Virus record (IMG/VR): IMGVR_UViG_3300030620_000002
Location: 1 to 43,383 of that record
Length of the DNA stretch: 43,383 nucleotides
From: a virus
Strand: one strand, 5' to 3'
Below, in pieces: positions 1-8,005 of this stretch. The stretch's first letter is position 1. Every line of letters begins with the position of its first letter. A model generated the notes under the pieces. That model saw only the letters and a program-made list of their open reading frames with translations, did no database searches and was not told the DNA's origin. Made by a program: the position numbers and the translations under genes.

Positions 1-127
1 CCCGAGTCGCAGCAGGCGAGCCCGTGGAAGCTCCTCGACGAGGCCCTCGACCGAGAGTACCTCCACCCCAGCGGCCAGGCCCTGGGGATCTCGTCGACGT
101 GCATCGACTCGGCCGGCCACCGGACGA
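1..127. repeat. Terminal direct repeat, exact copy of 43257-43383 (assembly overlap of a circular molecule, or a short DTR)
   Basis: Read directly: cccgagtcgcagcaggcgagcccgtggaag...ggccaccggacga occurs at both ends, 127/127 identical. Confidence 0.97.
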
Positions 128-633
128 CTCAGGTCTACTCCTACGCCTCGAGGCGCGCAGCGCGGCGCGTCCAGGCGATCATCGGCCGCGACAGCCAGCG
201 GCCGATCGTCTCTGCACCGAGCAAGCGGCGCTGGGGGAGGGAGAAGCGGGTCGTCTACCTCTACACGATCGGCGTCGACGCGGCGAAGGCGCTCTTGAAG
301 TCCCGCCTCGAGCTCACGGACCATGGGCCCGGCTTCATCCACATCCCGATCCAGGACTGGGCCGACGAGGAGCTCGCGCTGCAGCTCACGAGCGAGCGCC
401 TGATCACGCGGCACGTCCAGGGCGCGCCCGTCCAGAGCTGGCGGAAGGTCCGGGCCCGGAACGAGGCCCTCGACTGCTGGGTCTACGCCCTGGGCGCATT
501 GCGCCTGCTGCACCCGAACCTGCCCCTCATGTCGCAGCGGCTGAGCAACCCCGCTGCGGCGCCGGCGCCGCCCACGGAGCAACCGCCGCCGCGGCGGCCG
601 TGGATCCGGCGCCGGCGGGGATGGCTGCGCTAG
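1..633 (+). CDS. terL: Terminase large subunit, lambda gpA family, C-terminal part (continuation of 41955-43383 across the junction)
   Basis: Frame 1 is open from base 1 (PESQQASPWKLLDEALDREYLH...) and in phase with the 41955 frame. The tail ...ERLITRHVQGAPVQSWRKVRARNEALDCWVYALGA is typical of gpA-type terminases. Stop at 631-633. The joined gene is about 644 aa. Confidence 0.9.
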   Translation, partial: PESQQASPWKLLDEALDREYLHPSGQALGISSTCIDSAGHRTTQVYSYASRRAARRVQAIIGRDSQRPIVSAPSKRRWGREKRVVYLYTIGVDAAKALLKSRLELTDHGPGFIHIPIQDWADEELALQLTSERLITRHVQGAPVQSWRKVRARNEALDCWVYALGALRLLHPNLPLMSQRLSNPAAAPAPPTEQPPPRRPWIRRRRGWLR

Positions 634-642
634 GAGGACACG

Positions 643-846
643 GTGGCGAAGTGGACACAGGCGGACCTCGACAAGCTGGACGCGGCGATCGCCGACGGCG
701 CCGCGATCCAGTCCATGACCTTCGGGGACCAGACCTACACCTTCCGGTCGCTCGAGGAGCTGCTCAAGCTGCGGAGCCTCATGCAGCAGGAGGTCAGCGG
801 CTCGAAGAGCAAGCGGCGGCTGGCCACCACCCGGAAGGGAGTCTGA
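643..846 (+). CDS. gpW-like head-tail joining protein (67 aa)
   Basis: The size and the position between terL and the portal match lambda W. Motif: WTQADLDKLDAAIADGAAIQSMTFGDQTYTFRSLEELLKLRSLM. Confidence 0.7.
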   Translation: MAKWTQADLDKLDAAIADGAAIQSMTFGDQTYTFRSLEELLKLRSLMQQEVSGSKSKRRLATTRKGV

Positions 847-848
847 CG

Positions 849-2408
849 ATGGCGACACCGAAGACCCTCCCCATGAGGACCTGGCTTGACCGGATGATCG
901 GGGTCCTCTCGCCAGCGGCCGAGCTGCGCCGCATGCGGGCCCGGGTCGCGACGGCTCTCCTCGCGCGGCACTACGAGGCGGCCTCGAGCGGTCGCCGCAC
1001 GCAGCACTGGCGGAAGCCGGCCACGGACGCGAACGCGGCGGTTCACGCCGGGCTCGGCCGGCTGCGGAACCTGGCTCGTGACCTGGTCCGGAACAACCCC
1101 CACGCGGAGAGCGCGATCGACACGATCGAGAACCACACGGTCGGGACCGGAATCGTGCCCAGGCCGTTCCCGGCGAACGCGGCCGCCGCGGCGGCCTGGA
1201 AGGAGTGGGCGGGCTCGACGGCGTGCGACGCCGACGGTCGCCTGGACTTCGCCGGCCTGCAGGGGCTGACCATCCGCACGGTCGTCGAGTCCGGCGAGGC
1301 GCTCGTCCGGCTACGGCCGCGGCGGCTCGAGGACGGACTCCCGCTCCCGCTGCAGCTCCAGGTCCTCGAGCCGGACTACCTGGACACGTCCAAGACGGCG
1401 CAGCTCCCGAGCGGCGGCCGGGTCATCAACGGGGTAGAGCTCGACCGCCTCGGCCGCCGCGTCGCGTACTGGCTCTTTCCGGAGCACCCGGGGTCGGAGA
1501 TCTACGGCGGGGCGCCCGCCTCGAGGCGCGTTCCGGCCGAGCGAGTGCTCCATGTCTTCAAGCCGACCAGAGCCGGTCAGGTCCGGGCCGCGTCGTGGTT
1601 TGCGCCCGTCCTCCTCCGGTTCAAGGACTTCGACGAATACGAGGACGCGACCCTCGTGAAGCAGAAGATCGCGGCCTGCCTGGCCGTCCTCACGACCGAC
1701 CCCGACGGCCAGTCCCCGCCACTGGGTGAGCAGGGCTCGAACGAGGAGGAGGACATGCTCGAGCCGGGGCTGATCCTCAACCTGCCTCCGGGCCGGAACG
1801 TCGAGGTGGTCCAGCCGCCGCAGGTCGGCGACTACAAGGACTACTCGGAGGTTTCACTCCGCGCGATCGCGGCGGGGCTGGGTGTCGCTTACGAAGACCT
1901 CACCGGCAGCTATCAGCGCCTACCCTTTTCGGCGGCGCGGATGTCGCGGATCCGGCACTGGTCCCGCGTGGTGAAGTGGCGCCGGCGGATGCTCATCCCC
2001 CAGCTCTGCACCCCGGTCTGGGTCGAGGCGATGCGCACAGCGGCGATCATCGGGCGTGTCTCCGAACCCGCGCCCCTGCCTGTCTGGTCCGCACCCCCGC
2101 CGCCGATGATCGAGCCGGACAAGGAGGGGCTGGCCTACCAGCGGAACATCCGGGGCGGGATCATGAGTCTCTCGGAAGCGATCCGGGAGCGGGGCTACGA
2201 CCCCGAGGAGCTCTTGCGCGAGCTCGCCGACGACTTCGAGTTGCTCGACACGCTCGGCCTGATCCTCGATTGCGATCCTCGGCGGACGACGCAGGCGGGC
2301 AACCCGCGGCAGCAGGGTGCCGGGGCGATGGATCCCGACGAGCCGAGCCCCGCGCCGACCGATGCCGAGGAGACCACGGACGACGAACTCACGGGCGAGG
2401 AGGAGTAG
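849..2408 (+). CDS. Portal protein, lambda (gpB) family
   Basis: ATG at 849 lies in the frame of track ORF 24..2408. LARDLVRNNPHAESAIDTIENHTVGTGI and SLRAIAAGLGVAYEDLTGSYQRLPFSAARMS parallel lambda gpB motifs (DLVRNNGYAANAI, IAAGLGVSYEQLS). Confidence 0.92.
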   Translation: MATPKTLPMRTWLDRMIGVLSPAAELRRMRARVATALLARHYEAASSGRRTQHWRKPATDANAAVHAGLGRLRNLARDLVRNNPHAESAIDTIENHTVGTGIVPRPFPANAAAAAAWKEWAGSTACDADGRLDFAGLQGLTIRTVVESGEALVRLRPRRLEDGLPLPLQLQVLEPDYLDTSKTAQLPSGGRVINGVELDRLGRRVAYWLFPEHPGSEIYGGAPASRRVPAERVLHVFKPTRAGQVRAASWFAPVLLRFKDFDEYEDATLVKQKIAACLAVLTTDPDGQSPPLGEQGSNEEEDMLEPGLILNLPPGRNVEVVQPPQVGDYKDYSEVSLRAIAAGLGVAYEDLTGSYQRLPFSAARMSRIRHWSRVVKWRRRMLIPQLCTPVWVEAMRTAAIIGRVSEPAPLPVWSAPPPPMIEPDKEGLAYQRNIRGGIMSLSEAIRERGYDPEELLRELADDFELLDTLGLILDCDPRRTTQAGNPRQQGAGAMDPDEPSPAPTDAEETTDDELTGEEE

Positions 2409-2675
2409 ATGGCAGGGAAGCGGGAACGCAGAGCCGTGACACCCTTGGAGATCGAGAACCCCGAGCGAGATCTTCGGGGCTTCGACCGCGCTTCGGACGG
2501 CCCGCCGGCGCCGCCCGACATCGAGGACACTACCGGCGAGCTCGAGGAGCTGCGAGCCAGGATCGAGTCGGCCCGGAAGCTGCGGCCGAAGGGCGACGAC
2601 CTCCACTGCTACGGCTGCTGGCGGCGGGGCCGCGACGCGACCCTGCGCCACGTCGAGGGGATCGGAGAGGGGTGA
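2409..2675 (+). CDS. Hypothetical small protein (88 aa, acidic centre, HCYGC motif)
   Basis: ATG directly follows the portal stop, and the 3' end overlaps the next start as GTGA. No family recognised. Confidence 0.5.
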   Translation: MAGKRERRAVTPLEIENPERDLRGFDRASDGPPAPPDIEDTTGELEELRARIESARKLRPKGDDLHCYGCWRRGRDATLRHVEGIGEG

Positions 2676-2944
2676 GCGACGGCGGCCACCGCGTCGCCCC
2701 CCTCGCGGGCCGGCAGCGTGCCGTCCTCGAGCTGATCCAGGCCTACTACAGGGTGGCCGCGCGGCGAGCGGATCCGCCGCGCTACCGCTACCCGTCGGTC
2801 GCGTACCTCGCGGCCCGCCTCGGGCTACACCCCACGACCGTCCAGGATCACCTCGAGGCCCTCTACCGGAAGGGGTGGCTTCGGACCCCACAGCCGGCCG
2901 GGCTCCGGTGTCCGCACCTCCCGGACACTACCGAATCGCCGTAA
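2672..2944 (+). CDS. LexA-N-terminal-like winged-helix DNA-binding protein (90 aa)
   Basis: GTG 2672 overlaps the upstream stop. LAGRQRAVLELIQAYYRVAARRADPPRYRYPSVAYLAARLGLHPTTVQDHLEALYRKGWL resembles the LexA DNA-binding domain pattern (LTxRQxEVLxxI...PSxREIAxxLGxSSxSTVxxHLxALExKGxI). Confidence 0.55.
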   Translation: MSDGGHRVAPLAGRQRAVLELIQAYYRVAARRADPPRYRYPSVAYLAARLGLHPTTVQDHLEALYRKGWLRTPQPAGLRCPHLPDTTESP

Positions 2945-2965
2945 GCCACTCATGCGCCTGGGCAA

Positions 2966-2992
2966 CGTACCCCGTGAAAATCACGGGTTACG
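2966..2992 (+). promoter_or_regulatory. Palindrome/hairpin cgtaCCCCGTGAaaaTCACGGGttacg between the wHTH gene and the protease-capsid gene
   Basis: 12-bp stem with one mismatch and a 3-nt loop. The core CCGTGA-AAA-TCACGG is a perfect palindrome. No U-tract follows. Confidence 0.5.
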
Positions 2993-3024
2993 CGCGGGGG
3001 GCAGTGGGACGCACCCTTCCCAGG

Positions 3025-5097
3025 ATGGCGAAGCGACGGTCGAGGATGAGTTCGCCCGGCCCCGGCCTCGAGATCCGGGCGGGTGCGGCGCCGGCGACAG
3101 CCGCCCCGGCGCGCACCGCCGGCCCCGGAGAGCTGGACGTCATGCCGCTCTCGCTGCGGGCCGCGATCGCCCCCTCGACGCTCAACGACCAGGAGCGGAC
3201 CGTCGAGCTCATCTGGACGACCGGAGCGGACGTCGAGCGCTACGACTGGATGCGCGGCGAGCGGTACATCGAGCGGCTCTCCCTGGACCCGGCGCACGTC
3301 CGGCTCGATCGCCTGAACGACGGCGGTCCGCTGCTGGACGCGCACAGCGCCTGGAGCGTCTCGGACCAGCTCGGCACGGTGGTGCCGGGCAGCGCCTCGG
3401 TCTCCAAGCCCCAGAGGCAGGGACGGGCCCGCGTGCGCTTCTCCAAGCGCGCGGCCGTAGAGCCCGTCTGGCAGGACGTCCGGGACCAGATCGTCCGCAG
3501 CGTTTCGGTCGGCTACCGGGTCTACGCGGTCAAGGAGACGGCCGCCGGGAAGAACAACGCGCTCCCGATCCGCGAAGCGATCGACTGGGAGCCCTTCGAG
3601 GTCTCCATGGTGCCCATGCCCGCGGACGCGGGCGCCCACACGCGGGGCGAGGCGTCGGCCGAGACCAACCGTTGCCGTGTCGTCACAGGAGAGGAAAAGC
3701 CCATGCCAGACGAAGAGCGCTCCGAGACCGTCGTCGAGACGCCGCTCGCGGCGCCGCCCGAGCCGGAGCCCGAGCCCACGGAGCCGAACGAGCGGGACGA
3801 GGGCGCGCAGGCGGAGCGCACGCGCGTCCAGGGCATTCTCCAGGCCTGCCGCGCGGGGCGGCTGCCGCAGTCGTTCGCGGACCGCCTGATCAGCGACGGC
3901 GTCACCCTGGTCGACGCGCAGACGCGAGTCCTCCAGGAGATCGAGCGCCGCGATCCCGGCACGCCCCGGGCGAACAGCCGCGGCCGCGAGGTCGCGGTCG
4001 GCGACGACCCCCTGGTCCACGTCCGCGCCGGGATCGAGAACGCGCTGCTCCACCGCTGCGCGCCCTCGCTCTTCGAGCTCGCGGACGTCGGCCGGGACTA
4101 CCGAGGCATGAGGCTCCTCGACGTCGCTCGTACCCTCCTGAACGCCCGCGGTGTGCGGACCACGGCGATGAGCCGCATGCAGCTCGCCGGCGTGGCCCTC
4201 GGGCTCGATGTCCGGAGCGGCATGCACACGACCTCCGACTTCGTGGAGCTCCTCGCGGACGTGGCCGGCAAGATGCTGCGGCGTGCCTACGAGCAGGCCC
4301 CCCAGACGTTCGGGCCGATCTCCCGCCGGACGACGCTCCCGGACTTCAAGCCGGCCAAGCGCAACCAGCTCGGCGACGCCCCGCAGCTCCTCGAGATCGA
4401 CGAGCACGGGGAGTTCAAGCACGGCACGATCGGCGAGGGCAAGGAGCAGTACCAGCTCGCCACGTACGGGCGGATCTTCGGCATCACCCGCAAGACCCTC
4501 GTCAACGACGACCTGGAGGCATTCTCTCGCGTGCCGCAGTTCTTCGGGCGCGCGGCGCGGAACCTCGAGAGCAACCTCGTCTGGAAGCAGATCACGTCGA
4601 ACCCGGACATGGGTGACGGGACGGCGCTCTTCCACGCGGACCACGGGAACCTGGCCGGTTCCGGGGCCGCGATCAGCGTCGCGACGATCGGCACCGGCCG
4701 CGCCGCGATGCGCACCCAGAAGGGGCTCGACGGCGAGACGCTGCTGAACATCATGCCGCGCTTCCTGATCGTGCCGGCCGCCATCGAGACGGAAGCCGAC
4801 AAGTTCGTTTCGAACAACCTGGTCGCGGACTCGCCCGGCAACATCAACCCCTTCGCCGGCCGACTCTCCGTGATCCCGGAGCCGCGCCTCGACGCGGACT
4901 CGGCCACGGCCTGGTACCTGGGCGCCGACCCGGACCAGATCGACATGATTGAGTACGCGACCCTCGAGGGCGAGGACGGCCCGATGGTCGAAAGCCGCGT
5001 CGGCTTCGACATCGACGGCCTCGAGGTCAAGGCCCGCCACGACTTCGCCGCGAAGGTCCTCGACTGGCGCGGCCTCTACAAGAACGCCGGGGCGTAA
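3025..5097 (+). CDS. Prohead protease (HK97/S78-type) fused to major capsid protein
   Basis: The N-terminal part shows the S78 pattern (LLDAHS...SVSVGYRVYAV...FEVSMVPMPADAGA). An acidic/Pro linker follows (PEPEPEPTEPNERDEG). The C-terminal ~330 aa is capsid-like (GEFKHGTIGEGKEQYQLATYGRIFGITRKTLVNDDL...). The start is uncertain: ATG at 3025, 3046 or 3142, the last with a GGAGAG RBS. Confidence 0.85.
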   Translation: MAKRRSRMSSPGPGLEIRAGAAPATAAPARTAGPGELDVMPLSLRAAIAPSTLNDQERTVELIWTTGADVERYDWMRGERYIERLSLDPAHVRLDRLNDGGPLLDAHSAWSVSDQLGTVVPGSASVSKPQRQGRARVRFSKRAAVEPVWQDVRDQIVRSVSVGYRVYAVKETAAGKNNALPIREAIDWEPFEVSMVPMPADAGAHTRGEASAETNRCRVVTGEEKPMPDEERSETVVETPLAAPPEPEPEPTEPNERDEGAQAERTRVQGILQACRAGRLPQSFADRLISDGVTLVDAQTRVLQEIERRDPGTPRANSRGREVAVGDDPLVHVRAGIENALLHRCAPSLFELADVGRDYRGMRLLDVARTLLNARGVRTTAMSRMQLAGVALGLDVRSGMHTTSDFVELLADVAGKMLRRAYEQAPQTFGPISRRTTLPDFKPAKRNQLGDAPQLLEIDEHGEFKHGTIGEGKEQYQLATYGRIFGITRKTLVNDDLEAFSRVPQFFGRAARNLESNLVWKQITSNPDMGDGTALFHADHGNLAGSGAAISVATIGTGRAAMRTQKGLDGETLLNIMPRFLIVPAAIETEADKFVSNNLVADSPGNINPFAGRLSVIPEPRLDADSATAWYLGADPDQIDMIEYATLEGEDGPMVESRVGFDIDGLEVKARHDFAAKVLDWRGLYKNAGA

Positions 5098-5118
5098 GGG
5101 TTCGCTGAGGAGGGCACC

Positions 5119-5748
5119 TTGAAGGCGTTCATTGCGTCGGGCTTGGTCCAGGACTTCACCGCCCCCGCCGGCGGCGTGGTCAGCGGTTCGGCCTACCTGA
5201 TCGGTGCCCTGCTCGTCGTGGCCACCCACGACGCCGCGGCGGGGGCGTCGTTCCGCGGGCTGGCGAGGGGTGTCGTCGACGTCCCGAAGGTCCCGAGCGA
5301 GGCATGGAGTGAGCTCCTCAAGATCTATTGGGACGACACCGCGAAGAAGTTCACGCTCGACGACGACACCGGGAGCAATCCGCTCGTGGGCGTCGCCACG
5401 CAGCCGCTGGTGCCGGCCGCGGTGGTGCTGGCGACGGACGCTGATCCTACGGACCTCGCCATTTCGGGACTCACCCTGCAGGTCCTGGACTTCGCCCAGC
5501 TCGCTACCGACGACGCCCAGGTGACCATCACGATCGCGGGGGTGGTCACCGTCCTGGTGGAGGGCACGGACTTCACGGCCGAGACGAGTGCCGACGTCAC
5601 GGCGACGAACCTCGCTGCGGCGATCGACGCTCTCGACGGGGTCTCGGCCGCCGCGGTGACCGACACCGTCACCGTGACGCCGGGAACCGGGATCGCCGCC
5701 GAGTCGCCGGCGGTCGGGCGCGTGCGACTCGACGGCGTGGCGCGCTAG
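5119..5748 (+). CDS. DUF2190-family (head decoration/cement-like) protein carrying a ~100-aa internal insertion
   Basis: TTG start with a GAGGAGGG RBS. The N-terminus FIASGLVQDFTAPAGGVVSGSAYLIGALLVVATHDAAAG and C-terminus VGRVRLDGVAR parallel the neighbouring 111-aa paralog. The insertion is Thr/Val/Ala-rich. Confidence 0.75.
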   Translation: MKAFIASGLVQDFTAPAGGVVSGSAYLIGALLVVATHDAAAGASFRGLARGVVDVPKVPSEAWSELLKIYWDDTAKKFTLDDDTGSNPLVGVATQPLVPAAVVLATDADPTDLAISGLTLQVLDFAQLATDDAQVTITIAGVVTVLVEGTDFTAETSADVTATNLAAAIDALDGVSAAAVTDTVTVTPGTGIAAESPAVGRVRLDGVAR

Positions 5749-5756
5749 GAGGAGAC

Positions 5757-6092
5757 ATGAAGACTTTCGTCCAGCCCGGCGACATCCTCTCCCTCACCGC
5801 TCCCTCGGGCGGCGTGGTGAGCGGGACCGCCTACCTGATCGGTTCGGTCGTCATCGTCGCGCTGGTTTCGGCCGCGGAAGGGGAGAGCTTCTCAGCGATG
5901 CTGACCGGCGTCGTGGAGCACGCGAAGGTGAGCGCCCAGGCCTGGACCGAGGGCGCCAAGCTCTACTGGGACGACGCGGCGAAGGACTTCACGACCACGG
6001 CGGCCGGGAACACGCTCGTGGGTGTGGCGGCCGAGGCCGCCGCGAACCCAAGCGCCACGGGCAAGATCCGCCTCGACGGCGTGGCGCGGTAG
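5757..6092 (+). CDS. DUF2190-family head decoration/cement-like protein (111 aa)
   Basis: GGAGGAG RBS. MKTFVQPGDILSLTAPSGGVVSGTAYLIGSVVIVAL...AKLYWDD...TLVGVA...GKIRLDGVA is the canonical DUF2190 pattern. Confidence 0.85.
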   Translation: MKTFVQPGDILSLTAPSGGVVSGTAYLIGSVVIVALVSAAEGESFSAMLTGVVEHAKVSAQAWTEGAKLYWDDAAKDFTTTAAGNTLVGVAAEAAANPSATGKIRLDGVAR

Positions 6093-6105
6093 CGCCCTGG
6101 CGCCC

Positions 6106-6480
6106 GTGTCCGACGCTCTCGCCGCCGCGGTCCGAGGTGCTCTCTCCGCGGCGGACGCCGGGACGGCGAGCCTGCAGGAGGACGTCACGCACGAGGCATA
6201 CATCGAGGCGATCGACCACAGTGGGACGCCCGGCTACGCCGCTCCCGTCACGCGGACCGCGCTGGTCCAGAGGAAGCGCGGGACCGTGCCCACCGCGGGC
6301 GGGCGCGAGTTCCGCTTTCGCGCCGTGCTGTCGTTCCTCCGCCCCTTCCCGCTCTCGCCACGGGACCGGATCCGCCTCAGCGACGGCTCGACGGGTCCGA
6401 TCCACACGCCGACCGGCGGGCACGTGGATCCCTCGACCGGCGAGCCCTTCGCCCGGACCGTCTACCTCGGGGGAGCGTGA
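6106..6480 (+). CDS. Head-tail connector/adaptor candidate (124 aa)
   Basis: GTG 6106 lies in the frame of track ORF 6022..6480. Position and size fit a head-closure protein; no diagnostic motif. Confidence 0.5.
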   Translation: MSDALAAAVRGALSAADAGTASLQEDVTHEAYIEAIDHSGTPGYAAPVTRTALVQRKRGTVPTAGGREFRFRAVLSFLRPFPLSPRDRIRLSDGSTGPIHTPTGGHVDPSTGEPFARTVYLGGA

Positions 6481-6872
6481 TGTCGGGCTCGCAGATCACG
6501 ATGGCGCTCCAGGGGGATCGCGCAATGCGCCGCCGGCTCGAGAAGGTCGCCGGCGAGAAGGGTCTCCGGAAGGTGGCGCGCGGAGCGTCGGCCAAGGTGG
6601 GCGAGAGCCACATCCTGACCCCGGCCCGAGACGCGGCGCCCGAGAAGACCGGCCGCCTCAAGCGCTCCGGACGCGTGAAGATCAGCGTCTCGTCGGCGCG
6701 GCAGAACATCCGCATTACCGTCATCTTCGGTGGACCCCTCGCGCCCTACGCTGCGATCGTCCACGCGACGCACCCGACGAAGGCGAAGTTCCTCGAGCGC
6801 GCGCTCCACGAGGCCCGGCGCACCGTGGGTCTCGCGCTGGCCGAGGATATCGACCTCCGGAGGGCGATCTAG
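6477..6872 (+). CDS. HK97 gp10-like head-tail/tail-completion protein
   Basis: GTGA overlap with the upstream gene. APEKTGRLKRSGRVKIS resembles the gp10-family xDTGxLxxS motif. Position is consistent. Confidence 0.65.
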   Translation: MMSGSQITMALQGDRAMRRRLEKVAGEKGLRKVARGASAKVGESHILTPARDAAPEKTGRLKRSGRVKISVSSARQNIRITVIFGGPLAPYAAIVHATHPTKAKFLERALHEARRTVGLALAEDIDLRRAI

Positions 6873-7283
6873 GTGACCTGGTACCTCTCCGTCCAGGCCC
6901 CCGGCGAGCCCGCCGACCTCGGCGAGCTCGACGACCAGGGCCGGATCGTCTACGAGTTCAACATCCTCGTCCAGAAGCGGGGCGGGGGTGTGTTCCTCGA
7001 CGAGCTCGTGCAGGTCCTCGAGGACGCCGGGGTCGGGGACCGGCGGGTCGACATCTTCACCTCCTCGCTCGCCGGGATCCCCGACGGGGACGGCCCCTTC
7101 CTCACGATCCGCGAGACGCCCGGCATCGGCCCGACCGGCACGCTCCAGGACCCGGTCGCGTACCGGGGCCCCGGCGCGCAGATCCTGGTCCGGGCGACGT
7201 CGAAGCCCGCGGCGTCGGCGATGGCGCAGCAGGCCTTCGTCGCGCTGCTCGCCGTCGCGAACCGCGACGTGGTGGCGGCGTGA
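6873..7283 (+). CDS. Tail terminator/tail completion candidate (136 aa)
   Basis: GTG immediately after the upstream TAG. Called from its position before the tail tube gene. Confidence 0.5.
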   Translation: MTWYLSVQAPGEPADLGELDDQGRIVYEFNILVQKRGGGVFLDELVQVLEDAGVGDRRVDIFTSSLAGIPDGDGPFLTIRETPGIGPTGTLQDPVAYRGPGAQILVRATSKPAASAMAQQAFVALLAVANRDVVAA

Positions 7284-7573
7284 CGGAGGCGCGCGAGCCC
7301 GCCTTCTACTGGTCCGGCCTGCCGGTCTACCGCTGCCGCTACTGCGGCGATCGTTTCGAGCGGGTCGACAACCTGAAGGCGGTCCTCGACCACGAGGCCG
7401 CGCTCCACCCGGTGCGGATCCGGACCTCGCCCATCCTCGGCCCCGAAGGTGAGGCCGTCGAGGTCATCGAGGAGGAGGATCCGGGCCCGGACGCCAGCGG
7501 CCTGATCCACGTCCCCGGCCTGCCGGTCGGGACCGGGCTGAGAGTCCAGCTCGAGGAGGAGTCGCATGAGTGA
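7280..7573 (+). CDS. Small zinc-finger-like protein (97 aa)
   Basis: GTG 7280 overlaps the upstream stop. YRCRYCGDRFERVDNLKAVLDHEAALH gives a C-x2-C-x15-H-x4-H arrangement, followed by an acidic tail. Confidence 0.5.
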   Translation: MTEAREPAFYWSGLPVYRCRYCGDRFERVDNLKAVLDHEAALHPVRIRTSPILGPEGEAVEVIEEEDPGPDASGLIHVPGLPVGTGLRVQLEEESHE

Positions 7574-8003
7574 CGCTCAATCAGGGACCGGAATCCTGCT
7601 CAAGGCCGGCGACGGAGAAGACCCCGAGTCGTTCGTGGCGGTCGCCGAGATCGTCGCGCTCAAGCCGCCGCAGCTGAGCAGGAACGAGATCGAGGTCTCG
7701 AACCACAACGAGGGCGCCGACGCCAAGATCCTCGGCATGCTGCGACGCGGCCAGGTCACCGGGACAGCCAACTGGCTCCCGCTCGACCCGACGCAGAGCT
7801 CGGATGGCGAGGGCATCCTCGCCGACATCCGGAACAACGTGAAGCGGAACTGGAGGATCGAGGTCCCGCCGAACGGCTTCCCGCGCTGGACCATGGCAGC
7901 CCGGGTCCAGATGTTCGACGTCCAGGAGTTCAGCGTCGACGCGGCCCAGCAGTTTGCCTTCGCCCTCACGATCGACGGGGCGATCACGATGGAGAACAGC
8001 TGA
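7566..8003 (+). CDS. Major tail tube protein
   Basis: GTGILLKAGDGEDPESFVAVAEIVALKPPQLSRNEIEVSNHNEG...GQVTGTANW follows the siphovirus tail tube pattern. It sits upstream of the chaperone and tape measure genes. Confidence 0.75.
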   Translation: MSDAQSGTGILLKAGDGEDPESFVAVAEIVALKPPQLSRNEIEVSNHNEGADAKILGMLRRGQVTGTANWLPLDPTQSSDGEGILADIRNNVKRNWRIEVPPNGFPRWTMAARVQMFDVQEFSVDAAQQFAFALTIDGAITMENS

Positions 8004-8005
8004 CC

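Noticed and set aside
24-848. The N-terminal 275 codons of track ORF 24..2408, which would give a 794-aa portal.
   Set aside because: This stretch overlaps the well-supported terL C-terminus and the gpW gene in other frames, and it is Arg/Pro/Gly-rich. The portal homology begins at ATG 849.
2950-5229. 759-aa minus-strand ORF antisense to the protease-capsid gene.
   Set aside because: This is a typical high-GC antisense shadow ORF (Arg/Gly/Leu/Val/Asp-rich, no motifs). The + strand product has clear protease and capsid signatures.
6137-7279. The N-terminal 381 codons of track ORF 6137..7573 (478 aa).
   Set aside because: This stretch overlaps three coupled structural genes in other frames and is Arg/Pro-rich. 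Only the last 97 codons, from GTG 7280, form a plausible gene.
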